Virus record (IMG/VR): IMGVR_UViG_3300031911_000002
Coordinates: 1 to 64,000 of that record
Reading direction: 5' to 3' (one strand)
Source of the DNA: a virus
DNA length: 64,000 nucleotides
Part shown: piece after piece, positions 61,800 to 64,000 of the stretch
How the letters are laid out: every line of letters begins with the position of its first letter
Numbering within the stretch: position 1 is the stretch's first letter
Notes under the pieces: generated by a model
Seen by the model: the letters and a program-made list of their open reading frames with translations, nothing else
Told to the model about the DNA's origin: nothing
Databases searched by the model: none
Program-made: the position numbers and the translations under genes

Positions 61800-62702
61800 T
61801 CAGGGTGCGTAGCGGTAACAGCTGATCCAGGTCGTGTCGATCACGACGCTGCTCCCCGGCGCCGCACCGGCCACGTACCCGAGAGCCGACTCGTTCTGGA
61901 GGATCCAGTCCGCCGACGAGGGGAAGTCGGCGTTGACGGTCTTGAACAGGCGGCCGTCGAAATAGAACCTGATCTTCCCCGGCACGATCTCCGTGGAGTA
62001 GGTGTGCCACGACGTCCACGCGCTGTTCGGCGCTGCCTGAGCGGAGCTGGACGCGAACCCGTGGGTGAACTCCATGACCGGGTCGGAGGCGAACGTGCTG
62101 CCCGCCTCCGGATAGTCGACCTCGTGCGGTGTGTAGCGCAGGTGCGCCATCTTGAAGCCTGGGGTGCGGGTGCGGACGACGAGCCGTTCGCTGAACTTCC
62201 CGTACCGCAGGTTCATGCACTTCAGAGGGACCGGGGCTGCGACCCGGTTGGAGCCCCCGGCCGCCGGGCGGTACATCCTCACCCGCATCTGGCCGTCACC
62301 GTTGGACTGCTTGACCACGCTCATCGTGTCCTGCGGTTGGTAGTACCCCGGCACAGGCCCGTTGTTGCCGTCGGCCCCGGAGGCGGCCGTGTCCGGCCAG
62401 CCGCTGGGGTACGCCCCCAGCGTGGAGTAGTACCGGGGGTACGCCGTCTTCAGCCCGGCACAGCGGTGGTCGCCGTCCCCGGCACAGGAGCTGAAGGCTC
62501 CGACGGGGACCTGCACGGCCCCGAAGTCTTCCGCGTACAGCTGTTTGAACGGGCCGCAGTCCCCTCGGGGCGTGTTGTTGTCCGTGACGTGGCAGGCGTC
62601 CTCGGACGGGAACGTGTCGGCCGCCGGGGCCGGGGCCGCCAGCGCACAGACGAGGGCCCCGGCCGCCGCACCGGCAGCCAGGGCCCTGTTTCGGATCTTC
62701 AT
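61800..62702 (-). CDS. Secreted GH16/ConA-like beta-jelly-roll protein
   Basis: Signal peptide, YAEDF, YGKF..R, EVDYPE, WHTY..E...G..RFYFDG. Confidence 0.7.
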   Translation of the reverse strand: MKIRNRALAAGAAAGALVCALAAPAPAADTFPSEDACHVTDNNTPRGDCGPFKQLYAEDFGAVQVPVGAFSSCAGDGDHRCAGLKTAYPRYYSTLGAYPSGWPDTAASGADGNNGPVPGYYQPQDTMSVVKQSNGDGQMRVRMYRPAAGGSNRVAAPVPLKCMNLRYGKFSERLVVRTRTPGFKMAHLRYTPHEVDYPEAGSTFASDPVMEFTHGFASSSAQAAPNSAWTSWHTYSTEIVPGKIRFYFDGRLFKTVNADFPSSADWILQNESALGYVAGAAPGSSVVIDTTWISCYRYAP

Positions 62703-62754
62703 GGTCTTCCCTCGGTCGTCGAGATGGTCTGACGCGAGGGTAACCCGGACGTGC

Positions 62755-63015
62755 TCACGCCTCCCGGTGCAGGTAGAGGTGGATCAAGGAGTCCATCTCC
62801 GTCTGCTCCGCGTCGCTGAGGACACGGAATTCCTGCTCCGCGATCAGCTCCTTGAGCCGCTCCCGGCGCGTGGCCACGAGGTTGTTCCGGCGCGAGGCGT
62901 GGTCCAGTCCCGGCCCCGGCTGGCACTCCGGGCAGCCGCACCCCGGCTCCGTGGCACCTCGTGGGCGGCACCCACAGCCGCAGTGCGGGGACAGGAGCAC
63001 GGCCTGCTCAGCCAC
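62755..63015 (-). CDS. Hypothetical Cys-rich protein
   Basis: AAGGAGG RBS. Confidence 0.5.
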   Translation of the reverse strand: MAEQAVLLSPHCGCGCRPRGATEPGCGCPECQPGPGLDHASRRNNLVATRRERLKELIAEQEFRVLSDAEQTEMDSLIHLYLHREA

Positions 63016-63199
63016 GACGTGCCTCCTTCGGGCCGATCGGACAGAACGCCTTGTCCCCCTTCACAGTCCATCCGTTCTTGCGTGCCTGCTGGAGAACGAA
63101 CGTCCCGGACAGGTAGTGCACGGTTTCCCATTGGAGGGACGAGGGGCAACCGTAGGTGTCGCAGTGCAGCGTGGTCTTGTGGACCCGTTCGACGCTCAC
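63008..63199 (-). CDS. Small Zn-finger protein
   Basis: LHCD..GC..AR..GW....FCP. Confidence 0.5.
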   Translation of the reverse strand: MSVERVHKTTLHCDTYGCPSSLQWETVHYLSGTFVLQQARKNGWTVKGDKAFCPIGPKEARRG

Positions 63200-63366
63200 G
63201 ACCCGATCACCCCCAGGTCGCTGAGGACCCACACGACGGCGAGGACGACGCAGAGCCAGCCCCAGAACCCCATCTGCCCGAACACGGTGCGCTGGCGCCG
63301 GTAGGGCTGCCGGGACGCCCGGCGGCGGGCGCTCGTCCCGCCGCAGTTGCGGCACCGGCCGCTCAT
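63196..63366 (-). CDS. Small membrane protein
   Basis: ATGA overlap; C-terminal TM helix. Confidence 0.45.
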   Translation of the reverse strand: MSGRCRNCGGTSARRRASRQPYRRQRTVFGQMGFWGWLCVVLAVVWVLSDLGVIGS

Positions 63367-63833
63367 GACCGGGTCACCGGACTGTTGATGTACGCGTCCC
63401 GCAGTCCGCTGCTGTAGGACGCGGCCTGCGCCAGTGCCCGCCGTGCGGGCATCGGCAGGTCCCGCCGACGGGTGCGCCGGTCCACGGTCATCAGGGACTC
63501 CGCCAGCTCGAACGCGGTCCCGACCGGGGTGACCCGGATCAGGTCCCGCTCGCCGGGGACGTCGGAGGCGCCGCAGTTGACGACGTAGAACCGGCCGGAG
63601 GTGTCCTGGAAGATCCGGATCTCGGTCCACCGGCAGGTGGAGCAGTGGACCCCCTGCGGAGCCGACTGCTCCTCGGGGTGCCCCTTGTGCTCCGGCCGGT
63701 GGCTGGACCCCATACCCAGGAACGTGCCGTCGATCGTGCTCAGGCGCCCGTCCCGGTCGACGATGTTCCAGACACCCTCCGTGCCCGCCTCGTCCTCCAC
63801 GGGCAGTTCGTCGTACACAGGCTTGCCGGTCAT
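63363..63833 (-). CDS. Hypothetical protein
   Basis: GACCAAGGGAG leader; CSTCRWTE motif. Confidence 0.6.
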   Translation of the reverse strand: MTGKPVYDELPVEDEAGTEGVWNIVDRDGRLSTIDGTFLGMGSSHRPEHKGHPEEQSAPQGVHCSTCRWTEIRIFQDTSGRFYVVNCGASDVPGERDLIRVTPVGTAFELAESLMTVDRRTRRRDLPMPARRALAQAASYSSGLRDAYINSPVTRS

Positions 63834-63889
63834 GGTCTCCACTCCCTTGGTCAGATGATCCCCACAGGGGATGGTACCCAGCGGAGTGC

Positions 63890-64000
63890 TCATGACCGGG
63901 GCTCCAGGCCCCGGCTGCGGCGGCCGGAGTTGTAGACCTTGATCACGTAGCGGTACGCGGCCTCCGTGCGGCTGACCCCCATCGTCGCCCGGTAGGCGAG
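63890..64000 (-). CDS. C-terminus of a truncated CDS (possibly ParB/DUF6551-like)
   Basis: ...VIKVYNSGRRSRGLEPRS*; open to the window edge. Confidence 0.35.
   Translation of the reverse strand, partial: LAYRATMGVSRTEAAYRYVIKVYNSGRRSRGLEPRS

Overview
This is a high-GC fragment of a tailed actinophage (siphovirus type), probably infecting Streptomyces; the genome extends beyond both window ends. The rightward arm (1-40136) carries an intein-interrupted primase/helicase-PolA fusion and a DNA-hypermodification cluster (ParB-like, aGPT-Pplase2, FAD enzyme, P-loop kinase, TET/JBP). It continues with terminases, portal, a 2H-phosphoesterase/MuF/protease fusion, capsid, tail, lysis genes and a glycosyltransferase. 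The leftward arm (40118-64000) carries WhiB, DUF397, DUF932, HNH, HU, WYL, a sugar-modification cluster and a GH16-like secreted protein. Five signals stand out. (1) A Streptomyces plasmid-type TraB/TraA/Spd module has a 12-bp-period TGACAC clt-like array directly behind traB, which suggests a conjugative phage-plasmid. (2) A 209-210-bp element made of palindromic subsites occurs four times, and two copies bracket the tra module. (3) Three tRNA-shaped RNAs progressively lose the anticodon arm and share an ACGCA trailer. (4) The modification cluster suggests a fully post-replicative thymidine hypermodification route fed by TET/JBP. (5) An AT-rich 16-bp operator-like motif occurs ten times, and a GACCA(A/C)GGA motif precedes many start codons. 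All calls come from motif reading by eye; no database searches were run. No integrase or CRISPR array was seen.
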